DNA of 64,000 nucleotides from assembly GCA_039096225.1 (NCBI GenBank), contig JBBPEB010000006.1:1302001-1366000 (forward strand), read 5' to 3'. Below the pieces are notes generated by a model that did not search any database, was not told the origin of the DNA, and saw only the letters and a list, made by a program, of their open reading frames with translations. Of this stretch, positions 30,683 to 41,740 are shown in pieces (the stretch's first letter is position 1; each line of letters opens with the position of its first letter). The translations under genes and the position numbers were made by a program. Origin of the DNA: Blastocystis sp. Blastoise (Eukaryota; Protista; Bigyra: Opalinata).

Positions 30683-33194
30683 TCATTCTATATATATATA
30701 TATATATATTTTTTTATTTAATAAACGTTTTAATTATATGTTCTTTTTACACTTATTAATGTATTTATTAAATTATTTATAGCTCTTCATCCTTCAAAAC
30801 TTCATAGTTTCTGAAATGAGTTGTAATCTGTTTTATTCTCAAAAGTGTAGCTTATTCAAAATATGTTTGAATTGAGTTAAATACAGTTTTAAAACTTAGA
30901 TTCATTTTTTATTTTCAAAATATACTCAAATACAGAGTATATTCAGCAATCATTAATACTTTAACGACTGTAGTTTATTATTTTTAACTGAATTCTGGTC
31001 AGTATACTCAATACAAACAACTAAGTACAATACATACGTATTCATGATTTTTAAACAACATTTTCCATTTCGACATTTACTTGATCCATTATAAAACTAT
31101 TTGTCCTTTTGATATAGTAAAGAAAAACGAATACCATATACCAAACAAAACGTTTTAACTTGAATCTCGTCATCTATTAAATATTTTTCTTAATCAATTC
31201 ACAGTTCATACTCTTAAAACAGTTATTTAAGATTAATATTTATGTATTTGTCCTTATACAATATTTTCATGACACTGTAATAATATATATGAAAATTAAA
31301 AGAGTCAAGAAATCTGTTAATTATCAAAAAATAAGTTCTATTTACTAAAATCATATTTATAAGATTTATAAACTTATACCATATAAAAACATAGCTCTTA
31401 TATAAAGTATTGGCTGAATTAGTTTATTTGTAAGTAAATTAAAAGTATGTTATATAACGTAATTTTAGGTTACTCTTTTTAATCAGATTTATTTCATAGC
31501 TATTTATGGTTTATTTGTCTGTTAATCTTATTTTTTAAAACAATTACAGACAATTATATTATGATCCTTGTCTATTAAGTTATTTTATTGAATTAATAGT
31601 ATAAATAAAAGTTATATAACAAAATAAATGTATATATTGATTAAAATAAGGAATGAATATAAATAAATAAAAATAGATAAAATTGCCAAAAAGCAAATTC
31701 TTAGAATTATATAGTACAATAGACGAACTTCTAATAGAAACTTAAAAATCGATTGATTGGATCAAATAGTCAAATCCTAACGTCATAATATGAATTATTC
31801 TTTTCATTTTTTATTAATTTAAATTCTTGAAATACATCTAATAAACACGGTTATTATATAAATTAATACGATTGGACAACGAAATCAAAATGTTAACAGA
31901 AATTTTTGGGTATTTCTAACAAATCATACAAAAAATTGGGTATGTATACAAATCAATAGGGAAATCTGGGTATTTCTAACATTTTTCCTTTATATTATAT
32001 ATATATTTTTATTTATAAAGTTTATATAGGTGGTTATGAATGTATATAATATGAAATATAAATTATTTAAGCAATATTTTTCGTTGAAACGATTCAAAAT
32101 AGAAAAGAAAATTATTTAAAAATTACAAAATTTTTCTACTTTGTTTTCAACTAGAGGCTCTTTGATGAATTATAATTGTATATATTATTTATTTTATTAT
32201 ATATTATTATTATATAGGTTGTGTGTGTGTTTAATATGTATTTTGTGTATAATTAAAGTAAAAATATCATAATAAAAAAAGAAGAAATAATTGAATATGT
32301 TTTTCATATATTATTTTAAAAAATTAATTTTTTAATATGTTTAAATGATAATTATAGCATAATATAAATACAATTAATGTAAATTAACATATAGATACTA
32401 TTTAAATAAATAAAAGTTTAGTTTAAAGACATTTTGTAAAAAACTATGAATTCACTCATGTTGACTTGAATAAACAAAAATGACTTTTATGAAGTTATTA
32501 TAGACTAATAAACATATAGGTGTAATAATAACTTGTTTTCTAAACAAAATAGTTTAATAATGTTAAGAATGGTGTGTATAAAAGAATATTTGAAAAATAA
32601 TTGTGACAGAGTATTAATAATAGAGTACTAAAGTCATTAAAAAGTTGAGTCATAAACAGTTTGAAGATAGTTAAAAAAGAGACTTTGACATGATTTGTTT
32701 AGAATATTTTATAAAAACATGTTAAATGAATTTATAAAGTGATTATTAATAAGAATTAAACATAATAATAACTTTAAGAAAATAATTAATAAGAATGAAA
32801 ATATAATGTTTTAGTTAAGTATAAAATAAAAAATATATATGATGACTAGAGATGATAATGAGTATAAAAATGAATAAATAATGAATATTAAGAGTATGAA
32901 AATAATAAATAAATAAAAAGAAGAAGTTTGAAATGAGAGATAAAGTTCTTATTATAATTTTTCTTTTTATTCTCATTTTATTATTTTTAAATAACATATA
33001 TTATTCTTTTGAATTAAAATTGATACTATTCATTGAATAATAGTCTATAGTATACACTAGTATGAACAAAAGTTGAAAAATAGAGTAAAATATTTTTTAA
33101 GAATGGATGAATTATGTATCAAAATAGTTATTTAGAATGCTTACAGTAGTTAATAATGCTATAATAAATATTTATAATTGAAAAAAGATAATAG

Positions 33195-34090
33195 ATTCTT
33201 CCGTTCTTCGAACTGCAGAAGGGGGTATGCAAACCCCGCATAGAGTCTGCGCGACGCGCGCAGCCATAAGCGGGGAAGTCATCCCCCCTTTTTGTTCTCG
33301 ACGGAAGAATTAATAACATTTCTGAAGTAAAATAACCATGGGAGTGTAGGGTAGTGTGTGTGTGTATTTATTTTTTCCCATGTTTATTTATTTTTAATTT
33401 ATTTGTGTTCCGATTCCAACGTGAAACGTAAAGTGATCAAGGAGAAACTCATAGTAATCATAAAAGAAATAAAATACACAGTCCAACCCTCCCCTTTACA
33501 GGGAATATTCATGGAAAATGACTCCATCGTTGGTAAAGTGAGTAAAATAATCACGGGAACACAGAAAGAAATACGAAAAGAAGCACAGAATGTGCTAAAT
33601 AAACACACACCCCGACCCTCCCTTTATATAGAGAAAAGATGAAATGGATGGTTCTATCTAAAAAGAAATAATAAAAATAATCACGGGAATATATAAAAAT
33701 AAAAATGTATGTATAGTGATCAATAAATAATATAAAAAGTAATGATAATCATAAAAAAATTTATATAAAAAGAGTAAAGTGATCAAGGTATGTATTTATA
33801 GTGGGTGAAAGAAAAGCTGGTGGTGGTGTGGTCTTGTAAAAAGATGTACCCACCACCACGATTATAACGAGAGACTTTTGGAAACAAGGGTGACCGTTAT
33901 GGAAATAGGATGCGTCATCGTGAATTGTCCAATCAAATTGCTTAAAAATGTAAAAATGAGGGATTTTGGAACACAAAAACACAATTATTATGGGGAAACT
34001 GGGGAAACTAATTATGTTCCAGTGGTTTTAGGTGGCGGGATGTATATCAATTTTCTAGAATATTCTAGAACATTCTCGAAACTTCTAGAA
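33195..34090 (+). repeat. Left terminal inverted repeat of the virus
   Basis: Reverse complement of 60203-61099; by eye I found only ~3 substitutions and one 1-bp indel. Confidence 0.97.
34053..34090. promoter_or_regulatory. Heat-shock-element-like array, 8 alternating nGAAn units
   Basis: TTCtaGAAtaTTCtaGAAcaTTCtcGAAacTTCtaGAA, ~50 bp upstream of ATG 34138. Confidence 0.7.
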
Positions 34091-34137
34091 TAATAAATTG
34101 TATTATGCATTTTTTTTCTATTTTTATACTATTTATT

Positions 34138-34305
34138 ATGGATTCTCCAAAGCAATTTGCTCCAGATTATAAAGAAGGTAATTGGAAACCTTATGGAAAT
34201 TTTGAAGTTGATGAATTAAGTGATAGTGATTCTGAAATGGATACTATTCAAACTGAAAGTGAGGATGATTACGAAGATTATATCAAGAATTTTATTGATT
34301 TTTAA
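34138..34305 (+). CDS. Small acidic viral protein (55 aa), unknown function
   Basis: MDSPKQFAPDYKEGNWKPYGNF...; HSE array upstream and TGTTTAGTT variant motif downstream. Confidence 0.55.
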   Translation: MDSPKQFAPDYKEGNWKPYGNFEVDELSDSDSEMDTIQTESEDDYEDYIKNFIDF

Positions 34306-34379
34306 ATTAATTTTTATAAATAACAAAACAAATTGTTTAGTTTTTTAAAATAATAATAAATAAAATAAATTAAAATTAA

Positions 34380-35870
34380 CTAATGTTTTCTACGTTTATT
34401 TCTTAATTTTTTATTTTTTGAAATACGTCTTTTTCTACGTAATCCATTACCTTCTTCGAGATCATAAAATACCTCACCATCATCTTCATCAAATGATTGA
34501 AATTCATCATCTTCTTTTTTATTTCGTTTATTATTATTTTCAAGAGTTACATTTTCTACTGGATTAGGAATCGGGGCTACAGGTGTATTATTTGGAGTGA
34601 ATTTATTCGTTATTGCTTGAGACATTGGAACAATATCAGGTAAAGGAGCAGTAGGATCATTCATAAGAGGAATTAAATTTGGAGGATTTGAATCTTCTAT
34701 ATTAATATTATGAATATTTTCTAGAGTTAGAGTATCAGGGGTAGATGAAGGAGTTGATATAACATTATTATTTGTTTCTATTGGATTTTCTGTTTGTGGT
34801 ATTTCTTCTTCTGGATTTTTACCATACCACCAATCAGAAAAACTATTAAATACGTTCTTTGTACCACTAACAATAGAGTTTGCAACTTTTTTAACACCAT
34901 TAACAATTGGTGTTCCTACATTTGTTGCAGTATTAACAACTTTATTAACAAATGTAGGGTTTTCTGCATAGGGAATATAATTTTTATGAAATGTTTTTGC
35001 TTGATCTTCTAAAGATTTAGTTTTGTTAAGTCTTTGTTCTTTAGTATCATTACCTGACATATGAGCAAATCTAAAATAGTTATCAGCTAATAATTTATTC
35101 TTTTTCTTAGCTTCATTATCATCAGTTAATTTCCAATTATCATATAAATTATTTCTATCACTTACAAGTTTTCCTTTAATATCATTGAATCCTTCTTTTG
35201 GATCAACATTAATATCTCTCCACCAATTCTTGAGATCTTTGAATTTATTTGCACCATAATCAACAGCATTACTTATTCCATGAGTGATATTATTAATACC
35301 TCCAGTTAATTTATCAGACACATTGTATACATCACTTACAGTGTGATAAATATTAGAAAATAAATTACCACCTCTAGAATATAAATAACCATCACGATCT
35401 CTTTTAGTAAAATCAATTGCACTATCAATTGTACGAGGATTTAATAATCTTGAATATTTAGCATAATCAGACATATGATTTTGTTTCATATAAGGTAAGA
35501 CATAATCATGAGCATAAATGAGTTTTCTTGTAAAGTTCTTCGGAATTCTACCATCAGGTAATAACCCAGATCCTTCATCTATTGGTTCACTTTCTTCTGA
35601 TTCTTCTAAGGAACTTTGTATAATATCTTGTCTGGTTTCTGATAAATAGGAGAAAAATGGATTGGATGTTGCTCTATTGACCATATTACTTTCAATTTTC
35701 TTAACAGCATATAATGAATTTGGAGCAATAGAATAATTAATTGGATAACGTTCTTCTCCATCAGGAATAGATCCTGGAACAATATAATTTCGATATTCAT
35801 GACCAGTAGCACGATGATTTACGCCTACTAATCCTTTATTTGAAACATTTAAACGAGCACTTTGTATCAT
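34380..35870 (-). CDS. Putative virion core/membrane-lytic polyprotein, paralog of 56180-57808
   Basis: 496-aa ORF; ~60-aa N-terminal domain shared with the 542-aa ORF; GxG/GG sites; amphipathic stretch after RGG; Arg/Lys-rich C-terminus. Confidence 0.6.
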   Translation of the reverse strand: MIQSARLNVSNKGLVGVNHRATGHEYRNYIVPGSIPDGEERYPINYSIAPNSLYAVKKIESNMVNRATSNPFFSYLSETRQDIIQSSLEESEESEPIDEGSGLLPDGRIPKNFTRKLIYAHDYVLPYMKQNHMSDYAKYSRLLNPRTIDSAIDFTKRDRDGYLYSRGGNLFSNIYHTVSDVYNVSDKLTGGINNITHGISNAVDYGANKFKDLKNWWRDINVDPKEGFNDIKGKLVSDRNNLYDNWKLTDDNEAKKKNKLLADNYFRFAHMSGNDTKEQRLNKTKSLEDQAKTFHKNYIPYAENPTFVNKVVNTATNVGTPIVNGVKKVANSIVSGTKNVFNSFSDWWYGKNPEEEIPQTENPIETNNNVISTPSSTPDTLTLENIHNINIEDSNPPNLIPLMNDPTAPLPDIVPMSQAITNKFTPNNTPVAPIPNPVENVTLENNNKRNKKEDDEFQSFDEDDGEVFYDLEEGNGLRRKRRISKNKKLRNKRRKH

Positions 35871-36098
35871 TTTAAATTAATAAAACTAGGGTCACGCCGC
35901 AGGTCCAGTGCCTAACGGCCCCGGACCGCGGCTGCATGAAAATATGTGTGTTTAGTTTTTTAGTATCCTTCATTATTTTTATATATTGTTTATTGTTTAT
36001 TGTTTATTATTTATTGTTAATTATTTATTTATTATTAATTATTTATTATTTATTTATTATTATTTATTATTATTTATTATTAATCATTTATTATTTAT

Positions 36099-36168
36099 TT
36101 CTTATACTCTACATGGAGAGTTATAATCAATAAATGATTGTAATCAGGTTCAATTCCTGATATAAGAA
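36099..36168 (+). ncRNA. tRNA-like cloverleaf element, copy 3 (inside the virus)
   Basis: TTCTTATA/TATAAGAA acceptor; CTCT-ACATGG-AGAG; TTATAATCA/TGATTGTAA arm; TCAGG-TTCAATT-CCTGA; oligo-T downstream. Confidence 0.7.
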
Positions 36169-36589
36169 TCTATTATACTTTTTCAATAATATATAAAAAT
36201 AAAGAAGAAATTATTTTAAATAAAGAACAACGTTTTGAGTTATATTCATTATAAAAAATTATTTTCTAAATCAATTTTGACATTATTAATAATTATACAA
36301 CTGTTTAAAGCTTTTTTTGAGTTTTAAAGTCAATAATTTTAGAAATGAGTAACAATGTGAAGAACTTTGAAGTATTTTTAATTCATAAAATTCATTTAAA
36401 TAAGCATAATAAAATAATTTAAACTCATTTTAATAATTTTTAAAAGAATTTTGAAGTTTTAATCATAACAAAGTCAACATTCATTTTCACTTTGACAACT
36501 AAAACATTATTTAAAAAGTTAATATTTTTATATTCGTCTCAAATAATGATTTTAATTATAAATAACTCAAAATAGTAACTTTTAAAGAG

Positions 36590-38050
36590 ACTTTACACAT
36601 TCAAGATCCACTGTATCAAAATAATTTCTTTCAGTCTTTTGATATAGTATAGAGTTTATCATACTATTTATTAAATAAAAGTAAATGTTTTGAATCTCTG
36701 TCTTAAAGACCCTTTTTGACACATTATGAAAAGTTGACACACTTAAACTCATTTTTAAATGCTAATATTTACACACTTTACTTAATAATACCATAGCTAC
36801 ACATTGGTCATCACTTTAAAACATTTTATAAACCTTTTGCATTTGCTCATTTACTTCGACCAAAATATTTTCGTCCCTTCTTTTGACATAATATAGAGTG
36901 TGTGGTCTAGTTATATGAAAGTGAGGGGGAATTTTGAATCTCGTCCTCTAAGTCAATCATTTTCACATTTTTTAAAATTAAGACCCTTAGAGTTGATTTT
37001 TTACGTTAATTTTTCTACAGTGTTCCAAAAACACGATTTTGGATAAACTGAAGTAAAAATGTTTTTTCAATAACTCTCACAACCCTTTACACATCCACTC
37101 TCTAAAAATAGTTTTTGCTATATTTTTGATATGTTGTAGAGTGTCTCTTAGTGTATACTGAACAATATCTCGTTTCTTAAAACTCTCATTTTATGACTCT
37201 CTTTGAACATATTTTTACTAATTGAAAGACTTAAACACATTTTTAAAAGCTAATATTTACATAGTAGACTTTATATGACTCTATAAGCACATTAGTCAAC
37301 ACTTTAGACTTTTTAAAGACACTTTACCATTTGCTCATACACTTTGATCAAAATATTTTCGTCCCTTCTTTTAACATAATATAGATCATACAGTCTAGTT
37401 TAATGAATAAACACTCTTATTTTGAATCTCGTCCTCTAAGTCACTCATTTTTACATTTTTTTAAATTTAAGGCCCTTAGAGTTGATTTTTTGACTCAATT
37501 GTTCTACAGTGCACGAAATTCACGATTTTAAATAAACTGAAGTAAAAATAAATTTTAAATAATAGTCACAACACCTCACACATCCACTCTCTAAAAATTA
37601 TTTTCTTTGAACTTTTGATATGTTGTAGAGCTACTACAGCTGTACACTAATTAATATCTCTAAATTTTTTATTCATAGTCTAAGACTATGTTTTACACAT
37701 TCTTTTGAATTTGACAACCTTAAACTATTTATTTAAAGCTCTTATTCATAAAATAGACTTAATACATGATTCTATACACATATGCAAACCCTTTTACTTT
37801 TTAAGACACATTTTGTCATTTGGTCATACACTTTGACCATCATAATTTTGACTCTCCTTTTAACATAGAATAGAGTTGTAAGTCTAGTTTATTAAATAAA
37901 AGTCATTATATTGAATCTTATCCTCTAAGACCACTTAATTCACATTTTTCAAAATTGTCACTTTTAAACTCGTTATTTTAAGACTTTGTTTTAACTATAG
38001 TAGTTTGAGGACCTATCAATTACAATACTGTAATATTAGTCGATTATAAG
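36590..38050. repeat. Tandem array of ~244-bp monomers organised as ~488-bp dimers (about 3 dimers)
   Basis: TTTTGA(T/C)AT....TAGAG-like anchor recurs near 36637, 36881, 37124, 37369, 37613 and 37858; alternate monomers are more alike (TTTGAATCTCGTCCTCTAAGTCA at ~36933 and ~37421). Confidence 0.8.
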
Positions 38051-38668
38051 AAGATCGAAGAAAATATCGATCACTCAAAAATCGTCCTCAGGAGCTGAAA
38101 ATCGCTACACCTAGGTTTTTGGACCTCCTGAATCAGAATATGATGTCAAAATAAGAATCTAAATTTGACCGTTAAGGCCTCACGTGTTCAATATGAAAAA
38201 GTATTAAAAAATAGATAAATATAAAGAATAAACACGGATAACGTATATTGTGGGATTGAGAAAAAATCAAGTTTACCCCATGTTTATTTTCCAATTGTCT
38301 GGTCAACAATTTTTATCGGGGTCACCCCAAAGAGCCAATCAAAAACGACTCAAAAATCATGTTTTCTGTTCTTTTATTAATATCTTTTTAATTATAAATA
38401 ACATCGCTTAACCAAATATACGGTGCACAACTACACGTTATATCCTATTGAACTGTGTTTCAACCAAAAGTTAACTTCCCGTAAGTTTAGAGGAGTTGTG
38501 GGTACAAACTTGAGTATATAGTAGCCAATCAAATGAATTTTCCAAAAACTGACCAATGGGAATTTTTTTGCCTATTCTCATATATATAGTAATGATAATT
38601 ATGAATTTTAAAACAAAACAAAAAAAAGAAATTATTTATATTATATAGTTAGTATATTAATAGTATCA

Positions 38669-39466
38669 TTAATTATTATGAGTATTTTTTAAATAATCGT
38701 CAATATTCATTGATTTATCATTAGCTTCAACAAATAATGTTTTATTTTTGTAGAATATATTATTATTTCCAAAAACATCACTATTGGTGCATTCAATAGG
38801 TCCATCAGTATACCATTTGAATTTATACTTTCCATAAGTGGCGTTATAATATGTTTTTTCGTCGGTATCTTGTTGTAAATTCATATCGAATTCAAATTTC
38901 TTTGGAGTATTATCATCTTCTTTATCTGGTTTCTTTTCAGTTTCAGGTTTAGTTTCAGGTTCTTTAGCTGGTTTCTTTTCGTGTTCAGGTTTCTTTTCAG
39001 GTTCTGGTTTGGGTTGTTCTTCAGTGAAATTAGAATTCATGGATTCTGGTTGTGGTTTCACTGTATAGTCTTCATTAGGATTTCTTACAGTATGAATAAG
39101 TTTTTCATATTGATAGTTATTAGGATTACTAGCATCATACCATATCTTACTTGTAGTAGGAATACCATAATTCGTTTGCCATTGAGATAACATGGATGTA
39201 TATCTATTGGTATCACCATTAGCTTTAGCTGAATTCATAGTAGCTATAAACATATCTTCAGGTGATTGACCATGATTTCTTAATGCTTGAACTGCCATTG
39301 AGCTATACATAGATCCTTGGGCATTAGGATCATGTGCTAATGGTTGTACAGGTTGTTCATCTTGACAAATATATGAATTGGGTAACCATGGATCCCAAGA
39401 TTGTTTTTTCTGATTTCTTGATAAAATATCATAGAGAGTTACACTATCTCCTAAATTACTTTGCAT
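38669..39466 (-). CDS. Hypothetical viral protein with Pro/Glu/Lys-rich linker
   Basis: 265-aa ATG ORF in the structural cluster, followed by the 3' motif at 38612. Confidence 0.75.
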   Translation of the reverse strand: MQSNLGDSVTLYDILSRNQKKQSWDPWLPNSYICQDEQPVQPLAHDPNAQGSMYSSMAVQALRNHGQSPEDMFIATMNSAKANGDTNRYTSMLSQWQTNYGIPTTSKIWYDASNPNNYQYEKLIHTVRNPNEDYTVKPQPESMNSNFTEEQPKPEPEKKPEHEKKPAKEPETKPETEKKPDKEDDNTPKKFEFDMNLQQDTDEKTYYNATYGKYKFKWYTDGPIECTNSDVFGNNNIFYKNKTLFVEANDKSMNIDDYLKNTHNN

Positions 39467-39542
39467 TATTTATTGTATTAATTTAAAAATAATTATATAA
39501 CAAAACAAATAATTAATTATGAAATAATAAAAGTTAAAATAA

Positions 39543-40580
39543 TTAATTTAAATGAAATTTTTTTAAGAAGAATTGAACAAGATTAATAATTAAATTAGTA
39601 GTAGTATCAAAGGATGTAGAGTTGACAAGAGCACCACCACAACGTTCAGCATTCTCTTTTGTAACACCACTTCCACTAGGATTTTTAAAATAGTTATCAG
39701 CAGTTTCTTTACGTTTCTTATCATCATCAGTAGTAATCATATTATAAGCGAAATCAATAGGGATACCAAGAGAAGGATAATAGTATTTTAATGCATTCAC
39801 TACAATAGGAACAATCGTTTTAATAGTTTTAATAGCAGTATTCGCAATAATAGAATGCTTTTGTTTTGGATCCATAGGATATTCTTTATCGATAACGACA
39901 TTAACAATATCACGTACAGACACATGCTCATCATTTTTAGGTAATCGTTCTTTAATATCTTGTAATTTCTTCTTATTAGACTTTACATTACTAGAACGAA
40001 TAGCCTTCTTAGCAATAATTTTTATTTGAGGAGTTACAAATTTACTTGTTTTCTTTTCTTTTTCTCGGTGACTCCCATGTTCTTTACGATGTTTCTGATG
40101 CCTTCTATGTATACCTTGACCAAATATATCATCATAATTTTCATCTTCAAGATTTGCATTATTATAATCTTTATCATCATCAGCCATCATTTTTCTTGTT
40201 ATTCTCTTTGGTTGATAAGTATCATCATCGTTATATAATTCATCATCTCTATTAGCATCTTCAATATGTTCTTCAAATTGTCTTTTCTTTTCTTCTTTTG
40301 CTTTTTCTTGACGTTTTTGTTCTTTACGTTTCTGATAATAATTATATCCAGCAAATGCTCCTAATGTACCTAAAATAGGTAATGCAGTATAGACACCATT
40401 TTTAAAATCAGCCCAATCAGCATCTTTAGCTTGTTGTCTAACAATTTCTTCAAAACCAGTTCCTCCATATCTTACATAACGTTTATGATAAAGATCACGT
40501 CTATTTGATTTTGGTGGTGATCCTCCAAATAATCGTGGATCACAATTTTGTTTTAAATATCTTTTTGTAATTGAACTCAT
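39543..40580 (-). CDS. Putative virion core/membrane protein with hydrophobic helix and GG/GxG cleavage-like sites
   Basis: 345 aa; GVYTALPILGTLGAFAGYNYY hydrophobic segment; LFGGS, YGGTG, FGQGI, SGSGV, CGGAL; basic patches. Confidence 0.6.
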   Translation of the reverse strand: MSSITKRYLKQNCDPRLFGGSPPKSNRRDLYHKRYVRYGGTGFEEIVRQQAKDADWADFKNGVYTALPILGTLGAFAGYNYYQKRKEQKRQEKAKEEKKRQFEEHIEDANRDDELYNDDDTYQPKRITRKMMADDDKDYNNANLEDENYDDIFGQGIHRRHQKHRKEHGSHREKEKKTSKFVTPQIKIIAKKAIRSSNVKSNKKKLQDIKERLPKNDEHVSVRDIVNVVIDKEYPMDPKQKHSIIANTAIKTIKTIVPIVVNALKYYYPSLGIPIDFAYNMITTDDDKKRKETADNYFKNPSGSGVTKENAERCGGALVNSTSFDTTTNLIINLVQFFLKKFHLN

Positions 40581-40633
40581 AACAAAACAATAAAATAATT
40601 ATGGTTTATTTAACAAATTAAAATATAAAAAAA

Positions 40634-41671
40634 TTAATGAAAAGAAGGATAACCAGAATAATGTTTTTTATTTAAATAAGGATTAAAAATGCGTCGTTGA
40701 CTATCTTGTATGATTTGATCTTGTATGATTTGTAAGATGGATTCTTTAGGTTTATCTTTTTCATCTCGTTCAATACCTTTCAATGAGACTTCTTCTTCAA
40801 CAGGTAAAAACTTCTTCATTTTCTTTTCATATGTAGATATATGTTCATTAGGACGTTTAATACCACTACCTGATACTTCACCTTGTTCTTCTCGTTTCTC
40901 TTTTTCACTATCTTCTTCTGTCCATTTCCTTTTCTTTACCATCTTATATACATTCTGTTTACTACCACAATCAGGATTAGTCCATATTGTTAAATCATCA
41001 CTACCTTGTTTTAACATAAAGAATTGATGTGGATCATTCATTAATTCTTCATCTGTAAGAATTTCATTTAGATTTGATGGCATAATCTTTAATTTATCTG
41101 GTAAGAATCCAGGATCACGTTTTAAGATTTGACTATTAATAAAGAAATGAGATACTTGACTTAATATAGATTGATTCGTGACATCTGTATGACTTTGAAG
41201 ACATATAATAGCATTCTGTTTATAATGACGACCTTTAGATAATATAGATACAATCAATTGTTTGGTTTGTCTAGATAATGGATAGATATCATCCAATACA
41301 ATAAAATTATGTTCTGGTAATTTATATGTATTGACTAATTCATCAACAGTTTTAATCTTTTTAAATTTATCATCTACAGAATCATACCATTTATAATCAA
41401 TTCCAGCATGTTCACAAATATCTTGAAAGGATGTATAACATTCATTCTTATTGGATGCATCAGGACAAATTACTGTGACTTGTTTATATTTATTTTTAAG
41501 ATCCATAGAACATAAGAGGTTCACAGTTAAGAAAGATTTTCCTGAGAATGTTCTTGCAATAATCAATATGAATTTTGATTCATATGTTTTATGATGGGAT
41601 TTTCCATATTTAAATTCTAAGACTCCACATCCTTTATGTGTTTCTTTTAATGGATTTATTTTATTCACCAT
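40634..41671 (-). CDS. A32/FtsK-HerA-family DNA packaging ATPase
   Basis: Walker A ARTFSGKS, Walker B FIVLDD, arginine-finger KGRH, conserved Q in ICLQS. Confidence 0.92.
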   Translation of the reverse strand: MVNKINPLKETHKGCGVLEFKYGKSHHKTYESKFILIIARTFSGKSFLTVNLLCSMDLKNKYKQVTVICPDASNKNECYTSFQDICEHAGIDYKWYDSVDDKFKKIKTVDELVNTYKLPEHNFIVLDDIYPLSRQTKQLIVSILSKGRHYKQNAIICLQSHTDVTNQSILSQVSHFFINSQILKRDPGFLPDKLKIMPSNLNEILTDEELMNDPHQFFMLKQGSDDLTIWTNPDCGSKQNVYKMVKKRKWTEEDSEKEKREEQGEVSGSGIKRPNEHISTYEKKMKKFLPVEEEVSLKGIERDEKDKPKESILQIIQDQIIQDSQRRIFNPYLNKKHYSGYPSFH

Positions 41672-41740
41672 TTTATATGATTTTAATCAACAAAACAAAA
41701 AATTAATTAATGATAAGTTAATGATAAATATATGATTTTA

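Larger units (their letters stand above)
11624..31988 (+). mobile_element. Giant (20,365 bp) Mutator-like DNA transposon with cargo
   Basis: Imperfect TIRs built of TGTTAGAAATACCCA motifs with matching spacing (11624-11770 and 31890-31988); G...C termini; exact 9-bp TSD TTTATATTA at 11615-11623 and 31989-31997; MULE transposase inside. Confidence 0.88.

Noticed and set aside
33128-34093. ORFs of 63-94 aa in the TIRs (mirrored at 60188-60936)
   Set aside because: Mostly non-ATG starts, overlapping on both strands, no 3' motif; duplicated only because they lie in the TIR.
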